Shown piece by piece: positions 51,344 through 60,700 of a stretch of DNA of 64,000 bases (position 1 is its first letter; every line of letters starts with the position of its first letter). Location: positions 1-64,000 of the forward strand of contig CBDDCK010000005.1 of the NCBI GenBank assembly GCA_965225855.1, given 5' to 3'. Under the pieces are notes generated by a model, which was not told the origin of the DNA, searched no databases, and was given only the letters and a program-made list of their open reading frames with translations. The position numbers were made by a program, and so were the translations under genes. The DNA is from Spirochaetia bacterium (GTDB taxonomy: Bacteria; Spirochaetota; Spirochaetia; SP-2023).

Positions 51344-52513
51344 ATGCAAGCAAACCCAAGCCCCCGTAAGACAATCTTACTCGACCGCGATGGTACTTTA
51401 ATTTATGAACCCCCCCGCACCCAGCAAGTCCACTCACTAGATGAGATGTCCTTGCTGCCGGGAGTGATCACTGCCTTGCGCCAGCTTTGTGCTGCTGGTT
51501 ACGAATTGATTGTCGTCAGTAACCAAGACGGTTTGGGAACATCGGCCAATCCTCAAGAAAACTATGATTATCTAAACCACAAACTATTTGCATTGTTACA
51601 GGGCGAAGGGATTGTATTCCAAGCTGTATTTAGCTGCCCCCACTTCGCCGATGATGGCTGTGAGTGTCGCAAACCTAAAATAGGCTTGGTGGAAGCCTAT
51701 CTAAGGCAAAAGCCCCTGCTTCTTGCCGATAGCTTTATGGTGGGAGATCGCAATAGCGATTGCCAGTTTGCTGCTAAGCTAGGAATTCCGGCCTTTTTAT
51801 TGGCCAGTGAAATCCATACAGAGGACAAGAGCCTATCGAGCCAGCAGCGTTTTTGGAATTGGGCAGAAATCGCTCACCATATTTTGCAGCAGCCCCGTTG
51901 TTCGCGCTTAGTGCGGGCTACTAAGGAAACCAATATCACTGTGGAGTTGAGCCTTGATGCGCTTGATGGTCAGGGTAACTATCACATTGACACTGGCTTG
52001 CAATTCTTTGACCATATGCTAGAACAATTGTCCCGCCACGGTGGCATAGATTTGCAAGTCTATTGTCAGGGGGACTTGCAAATAGATGCTCACCATACGG
52101 TGGAAGATGTGGCTCTAGCTCTGGGTCAAGCTTTTGCCGAGGCCTTGGGGGATAAACGGGGCATTGTGCGCTACAGCTGGGAGCGTATTTTGGTTATGGA
52201 CGAAGTCCGTTGTGAAATATCTATCGACCTTTCAGGGAGGCCTTATGTCGTCTTTGAAGCAGAATTTCCCCGCCCTTTTGCTGGGGATTTGCCTACCGAT
52301 ATGGTCGAGCATTTCTTCATTAGTTTTTGCAGTGCTGCCAAGATCAACTTACACCTACACTGTGCCTCGGGCCATTCGGTAGCTCGAACAACAAGTACAA
52401 AAGCGAATACCCATCATATGGTTGAGGCTTGTTTTAAGGCCTTAGCTTGCTGCCTTAAAGATGCAGTGAGGCGCGACAATACGGGTATCAGTTCTACCAA
52501 AGGTCTACTGTAA
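51344..52513 (+). CDS. hisB: Bifunctional histidinol-phosphatase / imidazoleglycerol-phosphate dehydratase
   Basis: HAD DRDGT...CECRKP, then FFDHML, HHTVED, NTHHMVEACFKA. Confidence 0.95.
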   Translation: MQANPSPRKTILLDRDGTLIYEPPRTQQVHSLDEMSLLPGVITALRQLCAAGYELIVVSNQDGLGTSANPQENYDYLNHKLFALLQGEGIVFQAVFSCPHFADDGCECRKPKIGLVEAYLRQKPLLLADSFMVGDRNSDCQFAAKLGIPAFLLASEIHTEDKSLSSQQRFWNWAEIAHHILQQPRCSRLVRATKETNITVELSLDALDGQGNYHIDTGLQFFDHMLEQLSRHGGIDLQVYCQGDLQIDAHHTVEDVALALGQAFAEALGDKRGIVRYSWERILVMDEVRCEISIDLSGRPYVVFEAEFPRPFAGDLPTDMVEHFFISFCSAAKINLHLHCASGHSVARTTSTKANTHHMVEACFKALACCLKDAVRRDNTGISSTKGLL

Positions 52514-52681
52514 AGGCCATTCCACAAAGTAAGCTTGCGGCCAGTTGTGGCTTGAAAGATGATAACCAAACAGCTTTTGCAAATCATTGAGCTCTTCAGT
52601 AGTTTTCCGTACCTGCTCATCGGTCTTGGCTTGGGCAATGGCTAAGCTTGCTACTAAGTCTTTTAATTCTTGATCAGTCAT
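52505..52681 (-). pseudogene. Truncated DUF3782-like N-terminus
   Basis: AGGAG RBS, MTDQELKDLVASLAIAQAKTDEQVRKT..., ends after 58 aa overlapping the hisB 3' end. Confidence 0.6.
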
Positions 52682-52900
52682 TGTATTGGCTCCTTTTGTA
52701 AATAAGATTTACCCCAATATAGCCCCAACAACAAGGGTAAGTAAGGTAGTGGATTGTAAAAACTAGATTCCCATAACGGGAATTATTTCACTACCAAGCG
52801 GGTAGTACCAACAAACCAAGCGGGTAGCAACCCAGTACCCGCTTGGTTTGTTGGTACTAGCCATAGTTATCCTAACAAAAAAGCCAAGCAACCGTAGGGC

Positions 52901-53416
52901 TTACATCAATTTAAGCAAGCCCAAGATACCGATAACTAGGCCAATGCCTGTTCCTATAAACCATTGCAACATCAAAAACCTTTTATCCATATTCTGTTGC
53001 ATAGCTTCAAAGCGCTTGTCGACTTGTTCAAAGCGTTTATCAATGCTTTGCTGCATAGCTTCAAAGCGCTTGTCGACTTGTTCAAAGCGTTTATCGATAC
53101 TTTGTTGCATAGCCTCAAAGCGCTTGTCGACTTGTTCAAAGCGCTTGTCCATTTGCTGCATAAAGGTTTTAAGCACTTCTTGGTTTTGTTGCAGCAGCTC
53201 CCTTTGGTGCTTGAGCTCTTCTTCCACACGCACCATGCGTTCTAGTAGTTCGGGCCCATAATTGGGCCTTTCGGCTTTAGCGGGTGCTGGCAATGGTTGC
53301 TGCGCCAATTGGTCTTGTAGTTGGCGCTGCACTTCCTTAGCTAAATTTTCTTTTAGTAGGTTTTCGATTAGGTCTTGTATCGAAGCTTGGTCATGGTGTT
53401 CGGCTAAATTATTCAT
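52901..53416 (-). CDS. Bdr/DUF1640-like coiled-coil repeat membrane protein, short allele
   Basis: DKRFEQV and DKRFEAMQQSI repeats; C-terminal TM helix. Confidence 0.8.
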   Translation of the reverse strand: MNNLAEHHDQASIQDLIENLLKENLAKEVQRQLQDQLAQQPLPAPAKAERPNYGPELLERMVRVEEELKHQRELLQQNQEVLKTFMQQMDKRFEQVDKRFEAMQQSIDKRFEQVDKRFEAMQQSIDKRFEQVDKRFEAMQQNMDKRFLMLQWFIGTGIGLVIGILGLLKLM

Positions 53417-53422
53417 TAGCCC

Positions 53423-53451
53423 AATATAGCCTAAAGTGTAAACAAAGTCAA
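53423..53451 (-). promoter_or_regulatory. sigma70 promoter, probably giving leaderless mRNA (second copy at 54521-54549)
   Basis: TTGACT-17-TATATT-gggcta-ATG; no RBS. Confidence 0.65.
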
Positions 53452-53686
53452 GGCTTGGTCTAAACTTTTGCTAAAAAAGTCAACGCAATGGTTTGGTTGT
53501 ACCAAGCCCAAAACAACAAGGGCAAATAAGGTAGTGGATTGTAAAAACTAGATTCCCATAACGGGAATTATTCCACTACCAAGCGGGTAGTACCCACAAA
53601 CCAAGCTAGTCGTAACCCACTAACCACTTGGTAGTGGGTTACGACTAGCTTGGTTTGTCTAACAAAAAGGCAAGCAACCGTAGGGC

Positions 53687-54514
53687 TTACATCAATTTAA
53701 GCAAGCCCAAGATACCGATAACTAGGCCAATGCCTGTTCCTATAAACCATTGCAACATCAAAAACCTTTTATCCATATTCTGTTGCATAGCTTCAAAGCG
53801 CTTGTCCATGTTTTGCTGCATAACTTCAAAGCGTTTATCCACTTGTTCAAAGCGTTTGTCCATGTTTTGCTGCATAGCTTCAAAGCGTTTATCGATGCTT
53901 TGTTGCATAGCTTCAAAGCGTTTATCGATGCTTTGTTGCATAGCTTCAAAGCGTTTATCGATACTTTGCTGAATAGCTTCAAAGCGCTTGTCCATTTGCT
54001 CAAAGCGCTTGTCGATACTTTGCTGCATAGCTTCAAAGCGCTTGTCCATTTGCTCAAAGCGCTTATCAATACTTTGTTGCATAGCCTCAAAGCGCTTGTC
54101 GACTTGTTCAAAGCGCTTGTCGACTTGTTCAAAGCGCTTGTCGACTTGTTCAAAGCGCTTGTCGACTTGTTCAAAGCGCTTGTCGACTTGTTCAAAGCGC
54201 TTGTCGACTTGTTCAAAGCGCTTGTCGACTTGCTCAAAGCGCTTGTCCATTTGCTGGATAAAGGTTTTAAGCACTTCTTGGTTTTGTTGCAGCAGCTCCC
54301 TTTGGTGCTTAAGCTCTTCTTCGACCCGCACCATGCGTTCGAGTAGTTCGGGCCCATAATTGGGCCTTTCGACTTTGGCGAGTGCTGGCAATGGTTGCTG
54401 CGCCAATTGGTCTTGTAGTTGGCGCTGCACTTCCTTAGCTAAATTTTCTTTTAGTAAGTTTTCGATTAGGTCTTGTATCAAGGCTTGGTCATGGTGTTCA
54501 GCTAAATTATTCAT
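53687..54514 (-). CDS. Bdr/DUF1640-like coiled-coil repeat membrane protein, long allele
   Basis: Near-identical ends to 52901-53416, with expanded 21-bp and 33-bp repeats. Confidence 0.8.
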   Translation of the reverse strand: MNNLAEHHDQALIQDLIENLLKENLAKEVQRQLQDQLAQQPLPALAKVERPNYGPELLERMVRVEEELKHQRELLQQNQEVLKTFIQQMDKRFEQVDKRFEQVDKRFEQVDKRFEQVDKRFEQVDKRFEQVDKRFEQVDKRFEAMQQSIDKRFEQMDKRFEAMQQSIDKRFEQMDKRFEAIQQSIDKRFEAMQQSIDKRFEAMQQSIDKRFEAMQQNMDKRFEQVDKRFEVMQQNMDKRFEAMQQNMDKRFLMLQWFIGTGIGLVIGILGLLKLM

Positions 54515-54744
54515 TAGCCCAATATAGCCTAAAGTGTAAACAAAGTCAAGGCTTAGCCGAAACTTTTGCTAAAAAAGTCAACGCAATGGTTTGGTTGTAC
54601 CAAGCCCCAACAAAAAGGCAAATAAAGTAGTCGATTGTAAAAGCTAAGCTTACATAACGGGAATTATTCCACTACCAAGCGGGTAGTACCAACAAACCAA
54701 GCTAGTCGTAACCTAGTACCATCTTGGTAGTGAATTACGACTAT

Positions 54745-56718
54745 CTATTGTGTCACTTGAATAACATTGTCTAGGTCTTCTGAACCACCAGGTACAAATC
54801 CTGCTGCTGCTTCAAGTCTGCCATTCTTAACCAGTATCTTATTGGCTTCCGCTTTTATACTACCGCTTAAAGTAATAGTTAAGTATTTTCTAAATGCTTG
54901 AGAACCTGTGGCTGTGTTTTCACCTGTTGAGTGCTTAGGTAATTGGTATCTCTTACTACCATCACCGGATACAAGCGTCAATTTGCTAAAGTCCCAGCCT
55001 TCAACTGTTGTCGGTAAACCTTTACCTGTAATAAGTAACAAGCCACTATTAGCAATGTAGGATACATTGCTGATGCTGGATGTATGCCCAATAACGGTAA
55101 TAGGGTTATTGCTTGTGTCTTCAGCGCTACCACCTGCAAAGCCTGCTGCTGCTTCCAGGTTGTATGCACCAGCATCATCACTATCACCATTCTTAACCAG
55201 TATCTTCTCGGCTTTTTTTCTTTCAATACTACCCGTTAAAGTAATCGTTAAGCTTGTTGCACTTGCTGCAGAACCTGTGGCTGCGTTAGAATGTGAAGTT
55301 GTTCTGTGCGGTAATAATGGGTCACTCTTAGTAATACCATCACCTGCGACAAACCTCAATTTGCTAAAGTCCCAGCCCCACACTGATGACGGTAAATTAT
55401 TACCTGTAATCACTAACACACCTGTAGCAACATTGTAGGTTGCACGGGTAATTGCGGGTGGGTTTCCACTAACGGTTAAGGGTTTGGCTGTATCTAAACC
55501 CGCCCAAGTACCAGTACCAACGCTAAGCAACCCATCTTTTAGACCATTGCTATCTATACCTGTCTTGCCATTCAGAGTAGATTTATCGGCATCGGTAAGT
55601 CTAAGCCAAATGGCTGTGCCATCTCTTTTAATACGGTATTTACCTTGTTCAAGACCACGACTATCTGGCCCAGTGGCTGTGCCATCTGCAATATAGGAAC
55701 TTAAGGCTAAGCCATCTACCACGATAGTTTGGATTTGCGCTTGTTGCGCACTAGCTAAGTTAGAACCTTGTAAAGTTAGCAGCGCCGTGCCAACATGGTA
55801 GGTTGCACCGGTAATTGCGGCTTTAGGCGACTCCTCTTCAGCTTGTTTGGCTTGTTTGGCTTGTTCGTCTTTAGGTTGCTTAGGCGACTGATCTTCGGCT
55901 TTAGGTTGCTTAGGCGACTCCTCTTCAGCTTGTTTGGCTTGTTTGGCTTGTTCGTCTTTAGGTTGCTTAGGCGACTGATCTTCGGCTTTAGGTTGCTTAG
56001 GCGACTCCTCTTCAGCTTGTTTGGCTTGTTTGGCTTGTTCGTCTTTAGGTTGCTTAGGCGACTGATCTTCGGCTTTAGGTTGCTTAGGCGACTCCTCTTC
56101 GGATTCTTCGGCTTCGGGTAGTTTACGCGACTCCTCTTCAGCTTGTTCGACTTGTTCAGCTTCTTCAGTTTGCTTAGATGGCTGATTGTCATCGGATACT
56201 TTAGACTGCTTATTTTCGGGTATATTCTGAACGTCCAAGTCTTTAGGTGTATTTAAACCCGCCCAAGCACCAGTGCCAACGCTAAGCAACCCTTTTTTTA
56301 GACCATTGCTATCCATACCTGTCTTGGCCTCAAGAACAGCTTTATGTTGATCGGTAAGTCTAAGCCAAAGCTCTGTGCCATCGGTTTTCAGGCGGTACTT
56401 ACCTTGTTCAAGACCGTTACTATTTAACCCAGTGGCTGGGTCATCTGCAGTATAGGAACTGAAGGCTAGGCCATTTGTTCGGCTTCCTACCCTGATGGTT
56501 TGGATTTGCGCTTCTGTAGGACTTAAGTTCGTGCCTTGTACGGTTAACAGAGCCGTAGCAAAGTCGTAGATGGCGTTATTGATAGTCGGCCCAGAAGATG
56601 GCGCACCATTGTCATCGTTGTCATCGTTGTCATCGTTGTCATCGGGTGGTGCGCAGGCCAAGGCCATAAAGGCCAGTAGCAAGGCTAATGGCAATAAAAA
56701 TAGTTTGTGCTTATACAT
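54745..56718 (-). CDS. Modular surface lipoprotein, paralogue 7 (A-linker-A-B-B)
   Basis: RBS and lipobox; 9-bp DDN repeats; 87-bp x3 linker repeat. Confidence 0.9.
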   Translation of the reverse strand: MYKHKLFLLPLALLLAFMALACAPPDDNDDNDDNDDNGAPSSGPTINNAIYDFATALLTVQGTNLSPTEAQIQTIRVGSRTNGLAFSSYTADDPATGLNSNGLEQGKYRLKTDGTELWLRLTDQHKAVLEAKTGMDSNGLKKGLLSVGTGAWAGLNTPKDLDVQNIPENKQSKVSDDNQPSKQTEEAEQVEQAEEESRKLPEAEESEEESPKQPKAEDQSPKQPKDEQAKQAKQAEEESPKQPKAEDQSPKQPKDEQAKQAKQAEEESPKQPKAEDQSPKQPKDEQAKQAKQAEEESPKAAITGATYHVGTALLTLQGSNLASAQQAQIQTIVVDGLALSSYIADGTATGPDSRGLEQGKYRIKRDGTAIWLRLTDADKSTLNGKTGIDSNGLKDGLLSVGTGTWAGLDTAKPLTVSGNPPAITRATYNVATGVLVITGNNLPSSVWGWDFSKLRFVAGDGITKSDPLLPHRTTSHSNAATGSAASATSLTITLTGSIERKKAEKILVKNGDSDDAGAYNLEAAAGFAGGSAEDTSNNPITVIGHTSSISNVSYIANSGLLLITGKGLPTTVEGWDFSKLTLVSGDGSKRYQLPKHSTGENTATGSQAFRKYLTITLSGSIKAEANKILVKNGRLEAAAGFVPGGSEDLDNVIQVTQ

Positions 56719-57152
56719 AAGCAATACCTCCAACAAGGGATAAAGATTAACCAACCCATACGGGCTAGTGTGTAAATCCCTATTTTGCTAGGGGGGGTGT
56801 TGCGTCAAGGCCCATATAAGCTTTTTGTAAGTTTTTTTGTGCTTTTTTTATGTTTGGGCACTTTTTTTGTGTGTTAGTGTTGTTTTTTAGTGTTGTAAGG
56901 TAGTTAAAAATCCATGCCAATCCATTTGCATTCCATATTATCGTAATCTATAAACCATCAAAACAACCAGTCCATAGTTATAGACGCAACAAGTCGATAA
57001 CTATGGGCCGACCTAGTCCATAATTGTTACTTTTCAAAAGTACATAATTAGGGCATGGTTTGGTTTTTGTTGTGAAGGCTTGGGGGGTGGGGTGTTGGTT
57101 GGGGGTGGTGGCTTTTATCTGTGATTTACAGTAAAAATTGGGGTCGTACTAA

Positions 57153-57698
57153 CTAATTATTAACCCCTAATTGGTCTTCCGATAGGGCCGATTGCCAATC
57201 ATATAATTTACTTGCAAAACTTTGGCTTGCATGGGCTGGGCTAGTAGATGGTAAGGTTTCTACCCTGTAATGCGGTGCTAACTGAATATACTTATAGAAC
57301 AGCTCAGCACTCTTTTGGCCGTTACAATAAATACAATCAATAGAGATTTCTGCCAGCAAGTTAGCCACGGCATTGCAAATCGGCTTACGGATACTGTGGT
57401 CGGCACTACTTTGTCGCTGGCAGCTAGCTAAAACGTCCCAAAGGGCAATGCCTGCACGTTCTAGTAATAAAATTTTCTGTCTAAACGGTAATAGATGGTG
57501 CTGCCCCTTTTGCCACAATACAGGCTCATTCGGTTCCAAATACTGTGGATATATCCGTGCCAATATCGGCCAAAATGCATTTTGTGGGTGGGCGTAATAC
57601 TGTTGTTGACCGAATGAACGCAGGCTGGGCATAGAGCCTAATAGCAAAACCCTAGCCTGTGCTGGCACAATCGGTGCAAACGAATGAAACTCTTGCAT
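57153..57698 (-). CDS. Uracil-DNA glycosylase superfamily protein (DNA-deoxyinosine/hypoxanthine glycosylase-like)
   Basis: LLGSMPS...YYAHPQNAFW, IALWDV, SSAD, LPSTSPA. Confidence 0.88.
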   Translation of the reverse strand: MQEFHSFAPIVPAQARVLLLGSMPSLRSFGQQQYYAHPQNAFWPILARIYPQYLEPNEPVLWQKGQHHLLPFRQKILLLERAGIALWDVLASCQRQSSADHSIRKPICNAVANLLAEISIDCIYCNGQKSAELFYKYIQLAPHYRVETLPSTSPAHASQSFASKLYDWQSALSEDQLGVNN

Positions 57699-57714
57699 AA
57701 TTACTATGGCAAAT

Positions 57715-60700
57715 TCAGAGCATAGACTTCCAATGTTCTAGCTGGGCTAAGGTATTGTTCACCTGTTCGCGTTCTTGTTCAAATAATTCTTCAGCCAGCT
57801 CAGGCATACTACGCAATAAATTGGCATAACGCCTTTCGGACTGTAAAAATTCGGCCACATCGCGCTTGGTTTGCCGGCTATCGCGCGAAAGCCGTTCGCC
57901 CTTAGGGTTCAACGGATTATAGCGGAATAGCGGAAAGTAACCCGTTTCTGTAGCTAACTTCTCTTGCTTCTGCATCTTCATCATATCAATACCGTGGGCA
58001 ATACAAGGGGAATAGGCCAAAATCAATGAAGGCCCTGGGTGGGCTTCCGCTTCCATAAAAGCGCGGATCACTTGCGCACGATTGGCCCCCATTGAAACGG
58101 TGGCAACATAGACATGGCCGTATTGCATCATCATCATCGCTAGGTTCTTTTTGCCATTGCGTTTGCCACGTTCGGCAAACTTGGCAATAGAACCCACCGG
58201 CGTAGCCTTAGACGATTGCCCGCCCGTATTAGAATAGACCTCTGTATCCAATACCAAAACATTGACATTGTGGGGCAACGATAACACATGGTCGAGGCCC
58301 CCAAAACCAATATCATAGGCCCAACCATCGCCACCAATCGCCCAGACGCTTTTATCGACAAAGTAGTCCGTTAGGCTTTGCAATTGCCCAAGCAGCGACC
58401 GCAGCTCAAGGCTAACATTTTGCTCTGACCCTTCTTCAAGAAAAACTCTTATAGAGCGATGAATTTCTAACTGCCTATCGTAGGCTTCCTCACTGGTGTC
58501 GTCAAAGCAATCCACTGCCTCTTGCAACAGTTCCGCTAGTGCTGCAAACTCGCTACGGCCTGCCATCTTGGATAGCAATTCCGTACTTAGGCTGTGGAGG
58601 TTTTCCCGCTTGCGGTCTACCGCCAAGCGCATGCCCAGGGCATACTCGGCATTATCTTCAAACAACGAGTTGCCCCAGGCCACGCCACGCCCCTTGCTAT
58701 CCTTGACAAAAGGGGTAGTCGGGTAGGTGCCAGCATAGATAGACGAGCAGCCCGTAGCATTGGCCACAATCATGCGAGAACCGTAGAGCTTGGTAACCAG
58801 ATTGTAGTACGGTGTTTCGCCACAGCCGGCACATGCGCTGTGGAACTCAAAGTAAGGCTTCTTAAAGCTAACCCCCTTAGGCGTATTGAGCTTAGTACCA
58901 TCGAGCACATCTTCCGGCAGCTTATCAAAGAATTGGTAGTGGCTAACCTCGCCCTCGCTAATCTCGGTTTCTATGGGGGAATACTCCAAGGCCTTGTTCT
59001 TGGCAGGGCAGACATCAATACAGACCCCACAGCCAGTGCAGTCATCGACAAATATCTGTATGCGGAACTCTAAGTCCCTACCATTGATGGTGTTCGAGCG
59101 TATGGTGGTGAATTTTTCGGGCTTGCTCTCCAACTTAGTGGGGGCTATCTGCTTGGCCCGAATCACCGAGTGCGGGCAAGTCATAACGCAGAGATTGCAC
59201 TGTATGCAGTTTTCAGGCAGCCAACGGGGCACCTCTAAGGCCATTCTCCGCTTTTCCAAGCGCGCAGACCCTTGGGGCATAGTACCATCGGGGCTCAAAG
59301 CCGAAACCGGTATTTGGTTGCCTTGGAAACGCAGTATCGGGGCGATCACATCTTTGGCAAAGCCGCTCTTGGCAAATTGGGGGTGCATCGGGGCAGCTTG
59401 GCTCTCACGCAGTAAGCGTTGTTGTTCATCGTTGGGCCTAGCCGTTAGTTGCTTGCTATCGAAAAGTTGCAAGGCTGCTATGGCGGAGTCCACAGCGCGA
59501 TAGTTTCTTTCGACAATTGCTTGGCCCTTCACTCCATAGGTTTCTGCTATACTCTGCTTAATCAGTCTTATCGCTCTATCAGCATCTATCACACCGGACA
59601 GATGGAAGAACGCTGCCTGCATAATGGTATTGATACGGCTTTTAATGCCGAGCTTCAAAGCTAGGTGGGAGGCATCAATCACATAAAAGGCAATCTCACG
59701 TTGCAATATTATCTGTTGGTCATCATCTTTTAATGAATAAAAAGCCTCTATCGGGCTTAGATTGGTATTGAGCAGGAAGGTCGCCCCTTGCTTCAAGGGC
59801 TTGAGTACCTCATAGCGTTGTGGATAGCTAGGGTGATGGCAGGCAATAAAGTCGGCATGATAAATCTCATAGGGCTGTAAGAGAGAATCTTGACCAAAAC
59901 GAAGATGGGATACTGTGAGGCCAAAAGCCTTGCGCGAGTCGTAGACAAAGTAGGCTTGGGCCTTTAGCTCCGTTTGTTCGCCAATAATCTTGACCGAGTT
60001 CTTATTTGCGCCCACCGTGCCATCGGAACCCAAGCCCCAAAAAAGGGCACTGATAGTGTTCTTAGGGGTTAAATCTATTTCCTGAAACTCTGCGGGTACT
60101 GCCAAGGAGCGGTGGCTTATATCATCTTCAATTCCAATGCTAAAGTTGTGCTGGCCGCCGTTTGCTAGGTACTCGAACACCGTACAGGCATGGGAGGGGG
60201 TAAACTCTTTGGAGGAGAGGCCATAGCGGCCGCCGATAATCTCTACCTGCAAGTGCTGACGGTGGGCCGCACTAAGCACATCGAGATATAGCGGTTCACC
60301 ACTGCTACCCGCTTCTTTGCAGCGGTCTAGCACCGCAATCCCTTTTACGGAACACGGCAGCGCAGCAGCAAAGGCCTGGCCATCAAAAGGCCGATAGCAG
60401 CGCACATGCAGACAACCCACCCGCTTGCCTTGTTGGTTTAAATAGGCTACGGTTTGCTTTAGCGTATCGCAGGCCGAGCCCATTGCAACCACTACTTCGG
60501 TGGCATCGTCCGCACCCGTATATTCAAACAACTGATATTGGCGGCCGGTCAATTGCGCTACTTCGTCCATGCAGCCTTGGAGCAACTGGGGCAATTCCTC
60601 ATAATAGGGGTTGCGCCGTTCACTTGCCTGAAAGAACACTTCGGGATTTTGCGCTGCAATGCGAACCTCTGGGCTTTCGGGGCGCAGTGCCCGCTGGCGG

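Noticed and set aside
52505..54745. Classical integron with attC sites
   Set aside because: No integrase in the window, no convincing RYYYAAC/GTTRRRY box pairs, and the genes carry their own promoters.
1866..56718. Diversity-generating retroelement acting on the lipoproteins
   Set aside because: No reverse transcriptase or non-coding template repeat seen; differences include indels and are not evidently adenine-restricted.
1866..56718. Shufflon or site-specific inversion system
   Set aside because: No recombinase in the window, and every copy is complete with its own RBS and promoter module rather than a silent 3' cassette.
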